DNA of 64,000 bases, taken from NCBI GenBank assembly GCA_964036045.1, contig OZ038379.1, forward strand, positions 25,854,001 to 25,918,000, in the 5' to 3' direction. Made by a program: the position numbers and the translations under genes. The notes under the pieces are model-generated. The model worked only from the letters and a program-made list of their open reading frames with translations. It did not search any database and had not been told where the DNA came from. Positions 36,841 through 48,100 of this stretch are shown here, piece by piece; positions within the stretch are counted from its first letter, which is position 1; every line of letters begins with the position of its first letter. This DNA is from Eutreptiella sp. 'Long Island Sound 2002'. Taxonomy: Eukaryota > Protista > Euglenida.

Positions 36841-37853
36841 ATGGCCTATGTGGCGATCCCCACCCCCACCCTTGGCCAACCGGTGCACTTTGGGGTGGGG
36901 TTAGGGACCCCCCCCTATTTATGGGTCGGGAAACACAGAAACAACATGTTTTAGAATGCATTTGGACACTCTACATTGGGTAATTGCCCCCATAAAGGTG
37001 TAAGAAGGATTAAAATAGGCTAAAAATAGGGTATGGCATCACAGCTGCCACAATGTGAACAACTCGACTATAAATAGCCCCATTTCCCCTAAAGATAGTC
37101 TTGATAGGCCCTACCCCCCCCCCCCCCTTGTATAAGCTACGCCCTTGTCCAAGCTACAGTAGGCGTAGGGACCGTATTAATTTGGGACCTAATTTTAATT
37201 CGGTACCAAACATAGTGCAGCCACATAAGACATGGGTTTGGTGACGGATTTGCGAGTCGCATAGAGTCGTGGACACATTTGTTGTGAGTATTTGCCCACT
37301 TGAACCCACATAGCTCTGATTTTGGGGATGTTTGTGCATTATATGCCCCTTTCTTGCACCAGCTCACCATGCAATCCTCTCTTTTTGAACCTGGGCGCCC
37401 GGTGTTGCTAGTAGTATGTGTCGCGCGCAAGCTACGCCCGTGTCCAAGCTACAGTAGGCGTAGGGACTGTATTTATTTGGGACATTGGCGTAGCTTATAC
37501 AAGGGGGGGGGGGGTACTAATGCACCTTGAACCATATTAGTGAGGGGAAATGTACAACACAATCCCACGTTATGTATTTTGAGTGGATAAAAGGGTTGGA
37601 TGGGATATTTCTCGTGAAAAAGGGGCTATTTTTAGTATTTTTGTTAGGATCCTAATTATAGTGATGCCATACCCTATTTTAGACACCATGAGCCCTTCAT
37701 TAGGGCAAATACCCTCTAAAGACGATCCAATTCACTTCTAAAACATGATTTTTGTGTTTCCTGACCTCAAAATAGAGGGGGGGGTTCCCTAACCCCGCCC
37801 CTAAGTGCACCAGTTGGCGCAGGGTAGGGGCGGGGGATCGCCGTATACACCAT
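36841..37853. mobile_element. MITE with long imperfect TIRs, hosting a nested poly-C MITE
   Basis: GGCGATCCCC...GCCAACCGGTGCACTTTGGGGTGGGGTTAGGGACCCCCCC mirrored by GGGGGGTTCCCTAACCCCGCCCCTAAGTGCACCAGTTGGC...GGGGATCGCC. Confidence 0.75.
37114..37514. mobile_element. Poly-C/TTG-TIR MITE with TA TSD
   Basis: TA|(C)14TTGTATAAGCTACGCC ... GGCGTAGCTTATACAA(G)12|TA; internal direct repeat TGTCCAAGCTACAGTAGGCGTAGGGAC. Confidence 0.9.
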
Positions 37854-38492
37854 GTGTGTGTGTGTGTGTATTTATATGGTATATGGTATATGCTAGCTCT
37901 GCCCCCCCCCCCCCTCCCCATCAGAGGCCCCCCCTTCCCCTTGGGGGTCAGAAGGACCCCCCGGGCTAGGCACATTTTGCTCCCCTCAGCCAGGCTTGGA
38001 GGGAACGGTAGCGTACCAAGCATCCTGTTCGGCCAAAATGCCCCCGACCAACACTATACGCAGCACTATCCAAGGCGTCCTTGCCCTCGGGACCCTGAGA
38101 AGGAAAGGATTATGCAGCCACTTCGATTTATCTCTCTTGTGGGGGGCCAGAGACAGCAGGGGATGTGTCGCCATTTTGATGTACCCCCCTCTTTGGGCAC
38201 CATGAGGCAGCAGGGTTTACATGGCCACTTTGATTTATCTGCCTTTCGGGGAAACCCGAGATTCTGCTTGGCGGGCTTTTCTAAGGGGAAGGTAACACTG
38301 GGACAATGTCGGGATCCTTGGCACAACAGTAGCGGGCTGGGCAAACACTAGCTGTTGGTACTGCGCATGGCTTTTCTCAATGTAGTTGTGATCTTCCTCC
38401 ATATCAGAGCATGTGGTGCTGAAGATTCTCTGTGACATATGCTGCGCCGACCCCAACGGAAGCTGAGAGACTGACCAGTGGGTGGTGAGGCC

Positions 38493-38618
38493 ATGGGGCG
38501 CAAACCGCAGCACCACATCCAGGCGGAGATCCAGAGGGAAAAGAAGCTGAAGCAAAAGCTCTCCAGACATGCTGATCCGAGCCCGGAAGTCAATTTGCAG
38601 GACCTGACAGAGCAGCAG
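38493..38618 (+). CDS. Gene 2 (unknown; possible axonemal microtubule-binding repeat protein), putative first exon
   Basis: GCCATGG start; MGRKPQHHIQAEIQREKKLKQKLSRHADPSPEVNLQDLTEQQ; donor CAG|GTACAT, phase 0, joins 41722 in frame. Confidence 0.55.
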
Positions 38619-39780
38619 GTACATGCCGGTGCCCTGGGGTGAGGGGCTCTGCTTACAGAAGAGGGTGGACTGATGTGGTGAGAAATGCCACCACCGGGTG
38701 TATCAAAAAACGCAGTCCTATCCCAATAAGCCCCCCCGCAAGAAAAGTTCTCCAAAAAAGAACTGAAATTGAGATTTTTTTTGTCTTGGTCACCAAAGTT
38801 AAGATGTCCATTCAGTCTGGAGATGTCATCGTGGGTGCTCTTTTCGTCATCTCATGGCTTTGCAGACTTTTCACAAGCATTTGTGTGTCCTTGAAGGACG
38901 AAGTTTGCTGGTGCCGTTCGTCACAGGCCACCTTCGTCACAGGCCACCGTGGGCCAGCTTCAATCTCTTCGCAATGTCCCGGACCCTGCAATGCTCATCC
39001 TTGTCACAAACCGCCCACTCAGCCCAGTTCCCCCTGGTCATTTATTGGTTCCTCGTCACCAGAGGCTTCATCATGATCCGTTACCAGTTTACTCCACCAG
39101 TCCACTGGAATTCACATGGCACGCGCCCCTTTCCCATGCTCTGCTGCTCTTCCCATTGCCACATGACCAGTGGGTGCTCGTTCCCGAAAAAATGGGGGGA
39201 AAAAGGCGAGTTTGTTGTCTCCCTCCACGCTGGGGGGGTCTCTGGGCAGGAGCCAAAGGAACAAAGCGCCCAGCAGAGAGCGTGGACATGAACATGCGGT
39301 CTCTTGCTTCTAGATTGTCGCAGTCTGAGCAGCGATGGAATCCCCCCCCCCCCCCCCGCGCGCCGCCGCCACTGGAAGCCCTGGCCCTGTTAAAATTTCC
39401 AACATCAGCGATGAAGGGCACCCTCCAAACCCCACGGTCATCGGAATGGCTCAGTGTGACGCGTGTCGGGTCTGGCAGGGGGATGGAATATTGCAATTGG
39501 GAGCATGGGGACCGACGTTCTCCTCTTACCCACAAGATTGCCTAGCACCCGACACTACCCCAGAACTGATCTCAACCAACAAGCAGGTCATCTAAAAGAC
39601 ACGCCACTGGACGCCAGTTGTACTGCACAGTACATGCAGCCGTGCCAAGATGACACTATGGCAGTTTCCGTTCGAGTCAGCTCATTATCACTACATGTCA
39701 GATCCACTACCACAGTCATTTGTGGGATCATCACAGAACTGGACAGCTCTGAACCTTGATCCCAGGAGTTATCTCAGGTA

Positions 39781-40620
39781 CCCCCCCCCCCCCCCTTGCA
39801 AACTCCCACCCCTTGCAATCCCCCCCCCCCCCCCGGGAGACCATCACTTCCATGTTTTTCTACTTAACATGTATTGTGCTCGTTTGTGTTGCCCATCTGC
39901 TTTCCGCATGGCCTTGCATTGCTTTCCCATTACTTCAAATCAAGCACCTGTGTGTGTTCTGTGGTATTCTGTGTCCAAAGGCGTTGTATGGGTGTGTTGT
40001 GTTGCTACTTCAGACCCAAGATGTTTTCTCCTGGTGACCATGTACGGTACCACTCACGCACACTTGGTGCACATGTGTTGGCCACTGTCATGGGCCCTTC
40101 ACCAAATGGGCCACAGTTTTGCCGCATTTGGTGCCTCCAAAGAAGTTGGTGGCTGCCCCCAAGGCAAGAGCAAAGGCTGCCCCCCAGCCAAGAGCAAAGC
40201 CAGCCGCCAAACGGACTGGTCTGGCTGTGCAAGCGGGTGCTAAAGCGGCTGCCAAACCAGCCCAACGCGCCATTGCCTCCTCCTCATCAGCCAGTGCAAC
40301 ACACCCCGTGCCTGTCATGCAAACTGAGCATGTGCAACAGTTCAACGTGTGTTATTCTCGTACCCAGAAGTTCTTTACTGTTCCTTTGGATCCTCAATAA
40401 CATTTGTGTTGGATGAAACACATTGGCACCGCATCAATGCAAAAGTCGCTTCACACATGTTCTCTTTGCTTGCATCAGTGGAGGGTACCACAGTTTGCCT
40501 TGAAATACCCTTGCAATCCCCCCCCCCCCCGGGGAGACCGTCACTTGGCGACCGTCTCCCCCCCCCCCCACCCGGGAGACCGTCGCGCGCGAACCCGGGA
40601 CTTTGCAAGGGGGGGGAGGG
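39781..40620. mobile_element. Poly-C/TTG-TIR element with TA TSD, carrying a Tudor-like and Lys/Ala-rich ORF fragment
   Basis: TA|(C)13TTGCAAACTCCC ... GGGACTTTGCAAGGGGGGGGAGGG|TA. Shorter relative at 47652-48100 lacks about 39905-40295. Confidence 0.85.
40021..40300 (+). pseudogene. Truncated Tudor-like ORF (copy C) fused out of frame to a K/A/P-rich stretch
   Basis: MFSPGDHVRYHSRTLGAHVLATVMGPSPNGPQFCRI, then in another frame PKKLVAAPKARAKAAPQPRAKPAAK. Confidence 0.6.
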
Positions 40621-41721
40621 TACCATACAGTGAGCAGGCTATGCCAGCTCATCTCGGTCTCCTCCCCCTAAAGCAATGTGGCCGGGCCATGATGGAGGCT
40701 GCGGCAAGCACTAGCAAGCAGAGGCCATCCTATGCAATGCAGACTTAGTATGATCGGATCCGTGGCCATTGGAATCACTGAAATCACTAACTAATCACAC
40801 CAAGAGCGCTTTGTACTCGTTGCAGTGACCCCAGGTGAACCATCAAGGTGGACAGGGGCTTCCTTTGGGATGCCTCTTTCTGAAGGACTCCCACCTCCCT
40901 TGATCATTCTGAACCACCAACCGCTGTCGATTAACCGCCACCCGCCGATGTTGAGCCGTAGCCAGTCCAGACACCACAAATACCGGCGGCAGGTTTTTTT
41001 TTAAGGACCCCCCTGAAGGTGGAGTTGGGACTCTTCAAAGCATTTGGTTGTGTTTTGTGGAGCGTGCCTCTGGCCTGTGGACCGCCGATTCCTTGGTGGT
41101 GCAATATTTCTGCTGCTCGCCGCGCATCGAGTCTGAGTTTGTTTGTGTGCTGACCGGGGGGCTGTGCTTTGGAACGGAATTTTTTTTTCAAAGGAGGACC
41201 GCCACTGCCGCTGCAGGGGCGGGGTCCATGGAAGTCGATGGAGCAGATGCTTCCCTTCCATTGGGGGGTATGGCAGTGGTATTAGCAAATTTGATGGTCA
41301 TGAGATCCACATGCCGACTCCCATTTGGCACTGGGTGCAGCCTGACCAGTCCATCAGGGCGTCGCACGCATCAGAGCCCAAATGCACAGGGCTTCATAGC
41401 CCCTGCAGTCCAGTTCAGCCGCAGTCCAGATTCCGAAGGAAAGCCCCCCCCCCCCCTCTGTCGGCGGGTCAAAATACTTGGCCGAACCTCCAAAGCGCAG
41501 TCCAACGCGGTCCCATTCACTGGACAAGCCCATCGCCAGGGGCGCACCCGTGCGCACGGCGCTTTTGCTGAAACCCACCGTCACGAGACCGTCCTTGTTT
41601 CTGTCGCGATGACACGTTTGACCAGAGTGTGTTCTGCCACATCGTGGCCGGCCCGCCGTGCCTCGAGGTCTCCAAACTGCCTGCACCGCCCCGCACACCT
41701 CTGCCACTCCGTTGTGTTCAG

Positions 41722-41946
41722 GCCGAAGTGGCAAAGTACTTCAAGAGGCAGCCCCTGGAGCCCCCCATCAGCCGCAACAACTACGCCACGGTACAGGACT
41801 TCACGCTGTACAAGTTCTACAATGAGGCGGTGGTGACGGGCGCTCACGCAAAGCACGACGCCCCACAGGCTGGGCGCATGACCGGGATGTTTGCCGCCAG
41901 CCCCCCGTACAAGCCCAAGGCCGTTCTTTCCCCCAACAGTGCGAAG
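41722..41946 (+). CDS. Gene 2 exon
   Basis: TTCAG|GCC acceptor, AAG|GTAGTG donor, phase 0/0, strong GC3 bias; AEVAKYFKRQPLEPPISRNNYATVQDFTLYKFYNEAVV. Confidence 0.7.
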
Positions 41947-42877
41947 GTAGTGTGGTCGGGTGCCTCTGGCGTGTGAGGGCCGTGGATGTGGTGCCGGCTC
42001 TGGCCCGGGCCCCGCCCTCGCCCTGACCCTGACCCGACCTGACCGGACGCATTCAAACATTACACTGGTGACGCATGAATTTCGTGTGGCTACAACACCG
42101 CAGGGGGCGAACCACGACATCAGTCATCAAATGTGTTTGCGGTTTTTGAAGACGTGCAGAACGTGTCAATATTTGCCATTTGCTGCTGCTGAGGCTGTGG
42201 TTGTGGGGCTGCTGCCGTGCACAACGCCGGAGTCGATGCTTTGCAGGGGCGAGCGTGAGAATCGGATAGTGGGAGTCGGCTGCACGTTCGCTGAGTGACA
42301 TTGCCCGAGCGAAATGGCAGCGTAGAGTGACACTGCAGAGTGTGGGAGCCAGAGTGACGGTACAGTGTGTAGGGCGAAAGTGTAGAGGCGCAGTGACAGG
42401 AGAGTGGCATTATGGAGTGCCAGTATGGCATAGAGAGTGGAACAGGTAGTGGCATTGTAGAGGGTGACAGTGATTGGAGTGGCAGTATTGATTGGCAGTA
42501 TTGACAGTGTGTCAGTGGCTTATGTAAAGTGACAGCGTAGGGGCCACTTGTTGGGGGGCATTTCTGAGGGTCTGAGCAGCAGCTGCTGCATGGGCACAGT
42601 GACGCAGTGCCTCCAATGCCCTGGAGAGCGGATGCTTCAGACCGCTGAGCACTGTCTATATAGATCTAGAGCAAGTCGCTGGACGGCACAGGAGGACGGA
42701 GAAGCAATGCCTGCCTCCCCAGGCCCTGTAAGAAGTACAGTCCCTGCGGTGTGTGGTGTGTTGTGTGTGGTGTGTGGGCACAGGGGCATGTGCTCGTACA
42801 TGATCAGTACGTGCAGGTTGGCCTGTACATGTGCACTGCTGCCGAGGCCTGACTCCCCTGGAATGGCCCTCTCACAG

Positions 42878-43093
42878 GCTCCTGTGACACTGCTCCAGCG
42901 AAAGGCTGGAGACCCAGAGAAGGAAGGGAAAGTGGCCTTCAGCTCCGAGTATGCGCAGGGCTTTCCGGACTGGAAGGACTGGCGTCAGAAGCGTCCCCAC
43001 GAGGGGCCATCCAAATACGTCCCCCGGGATTATTCTCCGCTGGAGCTGTTCCCGTACATGGGCCCCAACAACACGTATGCCCCGTGGGCCGAG
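42878..43093 (+). CDS. Gene 2 exon
   Basis: CACAG|GCT acceptor, GAG|GT donor, phase 0/0; KVAFSSEYAQGFPDWKDWRQKRPHEGPSKYVPRDY. Confidence 0.7.
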
Positions 43094-43890
43094 GTGGTGT
43101 TCTTGCGCACGTGTCTTGTGTTTTGCGTGTCTTGTGTTTGACGCTGTGCTGTGTGTCTGTGTGTGTGCGCGCGCATGCGGGTGTTTCCGTTGTGTGGATT
43201 CAGCTGAAAGACTGGGTGACGCGCAGGCTGTTGGTCCGACAAGAAGTCTTGACCTCTGCTGCTCTGAGGGTTTTTGTTTTTCAGCATCAAGGTGGTGGTG
43301 TTCGTTCTCCCTCGTGGTGTGTGTAGTGTGTGCGGCATACTTGGGTCATGCTACATCGTTCGTGTGTGTTGGGGGGGGGGGAGATGGACAAACCCAACAA
43401 ACAGAAACAGAGGGATGGATGTGGGCCGATGTGGTAGATGCCGAAGATTCCCGGGCCCTACTTGTGCAAGCCAGCCCCCAAAATGGCGGCCGAATTCGGC
43501 CGATTTCGCCGATTTGTTATGCCAATTTGTTGGGTTTCTGAATTCCGCCGATTTGTTTTGTCGATTTGTGGGGTTTCTGTGATTTAGCCGATTTGTTCTG
43601 CCGACTTGTTGGGGTTTCTGGGATTCTAGGACACCTGAGGGTGGGGGAAAATTGGCTTGCGCGGGGGGGGGGTCGTTGGAGCCCCTTTCCCGGACCCCCC
43701 CCCCCTTGGCTCCCGTGACGGGGCCTTGAAAAAGGTCATAGATGGTGGCAAATAAAGATGAACTTCCATTGAGGGGGAAGGGGGGGGGCAGCAGTGGTGG
43801 TATTTATGTCCGGTTAGAGAGAAACACACAGTTTGGGTTTTCGTCAGTAGCGGACTTGGATCCAAGCAGTGGGGAGGCACTGCATGCCGT

Positions 43891-43958
43891 GACCGGTTGT
43901 GGCCGAATGGTAGTGCAGCCGGCGGCAGTTTTTTTGTCGGCGGTTCGAACCCCGGTCA
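43891..43958 (+). other. tRNA-like sequence (A box, B box, 6-bp acceptor stem); not a credible functional tRNA
   Basis: GACCGG...GTGGCCGAATGGTA...GGTTCGAACC...CCGGTC; internal T7 run and no clean anticodon arm. Confidence 0.55.
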
Positions 43959-43995
43959 GGTGCACGTGCCGGCGGCGCCGCCGATAGTATTGCAC

Positions 43996-44062
43996 TGGCA
44001 AGGATTCGAACCGCCGACCGCAAAAACTGCAGGCGGCTGCGCTACCATTCGGCCATGGGTTG
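43996..44062 (-). other. Second tRNA-like sequence, inverted partner of 43891-43958
   Basis: Minus strand reads ATGGCCGAATGGTAGCGCAGCCGCCTGCAGTTTTTGCGGTCGGCGGTTCGAATCCTTGCCAG. Confidence 0.55.
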
Positions 44063-45866
44063 TTGCGGTTGCACTATGCATCCCCATTGCTTGGAGCCTT
44101 CTGACCACAAATTATTACACCATGCCTTGGGGTATGCTACGTGAATGACCCCAAAAAAGGGGAGTATACAACGCCCACGCCCGCGCTTGATCTAACAACC
44201 TCTCTTCGAGGTGATTGGTACTTTACCAAGGGTTCTGTCACAGGAGCCCCATTGCCAGACACCCCCCCCCCCTCCTTCGGGGGGCTCCCACGACCCCCCC
44301 CCCCCCCCCCGCGCAAGCCAATTTTCCCCTCGCCTGATTGGGTGGTGTCACTCTGAGATGTGCATCATTTCTTTTGGGACACTGGATAATACCTTTTCTT
44401 TCTATATTGGTTGTTCAGATTGGCACCATGAAGTGTTTTTACTGCCCACAAAAAGATGAGCCTGTGGTCCCCTGGGATTCATTGTCCCCTGATGATCAAA
44501 CTTTTCTGCGGGACAAGTACCCTGATGCTGGTCAGGGGGCAGTTTGCGACTTGTGTATTTGCTCTGCACGCCCCAGTTCGTTCTTCAGCCGCCGTTCTCT
44601 GAGCACCTCATCATCAGCCCCCCAATCACTGGATTCTGGGCTGCAAGTGCCTTCGGCTCCTCTAGTTGTGTCTGGTACAGCCACGCCTTTGGCCACAGAG
44701 TCAGTGGAACCTGGGGTTGTGGAGCCTTCAGCGTCTGGTGCAGAGTCTTCTACTGCTGCCACAGGGTCTGCCACAGTGTCAGATGGTCAGAAGGTGCGTG
44801 CAAAACCTTTGCGTCCGGACACGTTGACGAAGGCCAAACAAACCCGTGTGCTCAAAAGAGTTACAATTGCACAGAGGGTTGAAAAGTACGGTAAGTATGG
44901 TTTGTATGACAACAACGGTGCACTGTACTGCAAGCCATGTGGAAAAAAGATGGATGAGGCACGGGAGGACTCACTGACGAAGCATGTTACCTGAGGCATT
45001 CATGATGCTGCGTGCGCCAACCATATTCGTGCTAGTGCAAAGTTTGTGCTTGCTGCGGGATATCAGCGAGAGGAAAGGCGCAAGGTAAAGGAAAAAGTGG
45101 CCAAGGAACGTACAGATAAAAAGAGGAAACACGAGTATGGGACAAAGACAGAGACCAGAAATATAAGGAGGAGGTTGTGGAGTTGCAACGGGGTAAACGC
45201 AGGGCTTTCCGTGAGGAGGAGCCAGTTTCCCATCCTGCGGAGCTGGCATCAAAGCCATCATGGCAAACCATTTTGGACCTGAAGGATCCGCGAGACCTCC
45301 CGGAAGAGTTTGTGTTTTGCCTCATGGAAGGTGGGCGACCCTTGACGGTTCTTGACGACATTCGTCCAATTTTCACGACGTATACCCCAGTGGGTGGTCA
45401 CGTTTGTGGAAGCAATCAAGCTGAAGACTATTACCGCCCAACCATCATTCGCAAACAATGGGCTGCGGCTTTGCGTCTTTTGAATGAGGATGTGATGCGA
45501 GGCGGTTGCCTAGGAGTTGTTTTCGATGAGACCACTGACTGTTGTGGTCGTCATCCGGTGAACATCATTGTGCACACCCCTAAGCGTGTTTGCTACACGA
45601 CGACTGCATTCATTGGTTGCAAGGAGTCAACAGCTTTACAATTGCTACGGCTGTCATGGACGCATGGGACCAACTAGGCTTGCCGCGGGACCATGTAGGA
45701 GTGGTTGTGGTTGACAATGCTTGGTAATGTGCAAAGGCATTTAAGGACCACTTGGCAGCCTTTTTTGGCAATGCACGGTTGCGCATGTGCTAGGCTCATT
45801 GGCTAATAGGTTTGGTGCAGCCATGCAGGACCACAAGGAATTGGCAAACATGTCCAATTACATGCG

Positions 45867-46788
45867 CAACCCCCCCCCCCCCCAATCAGCGGCCGAATTC
45901 GGCCGACCTCACTGATTTGTTCCGCCGATTTGTTGGGTTTCTGAATTTCGCCGATTTGTTTTGCCGATTCTTTGGGTTTCTATGATTTAGCCGATTCGTT
46001 CTGCTGACTTGTTGGGGCCAATGGGATTGTAAAACCTTCGCGCCCTGACACTTTGAAGAAGGCCAAACAGCCCCGTGTGCTAAAAAACATTACAGTTGCA
46101 CAGAGGGTTGAGAAGTACGGTTCCTCTTCTTCTGGCAAGCTTTGTGTGTGCATGGAAAACCAAATTTCTCAGCAAGACAAGTGACAAAAAATGCCAAAAA
46201 AATCGGTCCTAGATTTGATCCCACGGGTGATCCCATGGTGCATACCATTGGACCATTGCCTATTACTGCCATGTACTCAGGTCAGGTCAGCTCAGCTCAG
46301 GGACCATGTACAGACTGAGAGACAATCGCAAATGAGTGCTGCACACCCACCCAGCACACATTGGGATGCAAATGGGAAGCCTGTGTGCATTTATCTTCTT
46401 CCAGCAGGCTTTGTTTGTCCATGGAGAACCAATTTCTCAGGAAGACAAGTGAAAAAAAATGCAAAAAAAAATTCCGGTTTGTAACAGTGGGAATTGAACC
46501 CACACCAGCAAAAATTTGTGTCTAGGCCTATACCACTGGGCCACCACTGTGCACTGCTAGACTAGTGCTCAGGGACCATGTAGAGACCGAGAGACGAATT
46601 TTTTTTTCGAAAATTGAGAGATATTTTGCGTTTCCACATGACTGCAACTATTGAGCAACCATAAGGAAGGTGTGTTTGGGGCCTGGGACTGAGATCCAGG
46701 GCACTAGGAGCCTGTTTTGCTGAAAAATTGGTCCACCGATTTGTTCACCGATTTGTTGGGATTTCTTCGCCGATTTTGGGGGGGGTTG
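45867..46788 (+). mobile_element. Internally deleted derivative of the same hAT-like element, inserted into its parent's transposase ORF; 6-bp TSD
   Basis: CATGCG|CAAC(C)nAATC ... GATTTTGGGGGGGGTTG|CATGCG. Shares the left end with 43467, a transposase piece (46035-46130 resembles 44805-44890) and 3' units with 48900-49530. Removing it restores ...NYMR|WM... Confidence 0.85.
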
Positions 46789-47651
46789 CATGCGGTGGAT
46801 GTGTTCCCTGCGGTGGGGTGCTCAGCAAGCGCAACGTAGGTAGGAGTATATTGATTTCATTGGTGAAAATCCCCCGGACTACACGGACACACGCTGGTCT
46901 TCGTCCATGGAAACTGCACGACACCATAGCAAGTATCTACGTGGTGAGTATCAATGGCTAAAACAGGAGGCTGAGGATCACAAAAAGAAAAGGGTAAACG
47001 AAACAGATGAGAACGGTGAGGTTGGGCAACTCCCCACTGTACTTCGAAACGCTCCGGATGTGTTAGAAAAGAAGCGCATGCTTCTGCATCTGTCTCTCAC
47101 CTTCTACGCAAGTATGGGGGATCCCGTTTACAAGTTCATTGAGGGAATTTAGGTTGATGTTGTGCCCAAAGGTGGCAGAGATGGTGAGAGGCGTCCCATT
47201 GCCCATCGGCTGCACGCGCGAGTGCTTGAACTAGAGGCAAAGCTAGAAACCTATGTCCAAGACGTAACTCAGGTTCCCGGGGTACTTGCCCTCCTTGACT
47301 TGTTGAAACAGCCTGAGCCGGCGCGTCCCGCATTAGTCTATTGCAATTGGTGGGACAGAAGGTGTTGGCTGTGGTGGAGAAGTACAAGCGCAACCAACTA
47401 GCCTTTTTCGATCAGGTGCGAGTTTTTGACCCCCGTCAGCATGGCTCAATGCCACGTGATATTAGCCACTACACCCTCTTGTTCCCGGACGACACAGTTC
47501 GTTAGGAAGTGCGGCAGTTGGGGGAGTGGGCGTTGTACTGGAAGCAAGAGGTTCCTGTTCAGGAGGGGTTCCAGCTGTTGAAGTCGTGGGGGAATGCAGC
47601 TGAGTTCAAGGGTTTGCCCGGTTTGGCACAGCACGCAATGAATGCTCTTTA

Positions 47652-48100
47652 CCCCCCTGCAAACCCCCCCCCCCTCTTGCAATCCCCCCCGCCACCCGGG
47701 AGACCGTCACTTCCATGTTTTTCTAGTTAACATGTATTGTGCTGGTTTGTGTTGCCCATCTGCTTTACACCTGCTTAGCAACACACCACGTGCCTATCAT
47801 GCAAATTGAGCATGTGCAACAGTTCAACGTGTGTTATTCTCGTACCCAGAAGTTCTTTACTGTTCCTTTGGATCCCCAATAACATTTGTGTTAGATAAAG
47901 CACATTGGCATCAACACGAAAGTCGCTTCACACATGTTCTCTTTGCTTGCATTAGTGGAGGGTACCACAGTTTGCCTTGAAATACCCCTTGCAATCCCCC
48001 CCCCCCCCCGGGAGACCGTCACTTGGCGACCGTCTCCCCCCCCCCCCCACCCGGGAGACCGTCGCGTGCTAACCCGGGAGTTTGCAAGGGGGGCGGCGGG
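47652..48100. mobile_element. Poly-C/TTG-TIR MITE with TA TSD, inserted in the transposase C-terminus
   Basis: TA|CCCCCCTGCAAA ... TTTGCAAGGGGGGCGGCGGG|TA; internally homologous to 39781-40620. Confidence 0.8.

Larger units (their letters stand above)
43632..44340. mobile_element. Imperfect palindrome (about 320-bp arms) with tRNA-like inner ends
   Basis: GGGGAAAATTGGCTTGCGCG(G)nTCGT mirrored by ACGA(C)nGCGCAAGCCAATTTTCCCC; further matched blocks GGCTCC(C/T)GTGAC and TCCAAGCA(G/A)TGGGGA. Confidence 0.75.

Noticed and set aside
36895-36910. Telomeric-type GGTTAGGG
   Set aside because: Single unit inside a MITE arm, not an array.
43891-44062. Functional tRNA genes (also 49281-49345, 46484-46545 and a weaker minus-strand remnant at about 20530-20590)
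   Set aside because: A/B boxes are present, but the cloverleafs are incomplete (no valid anticodon arm or acceptor stem, internal T-runs). Called tRNA-like only.
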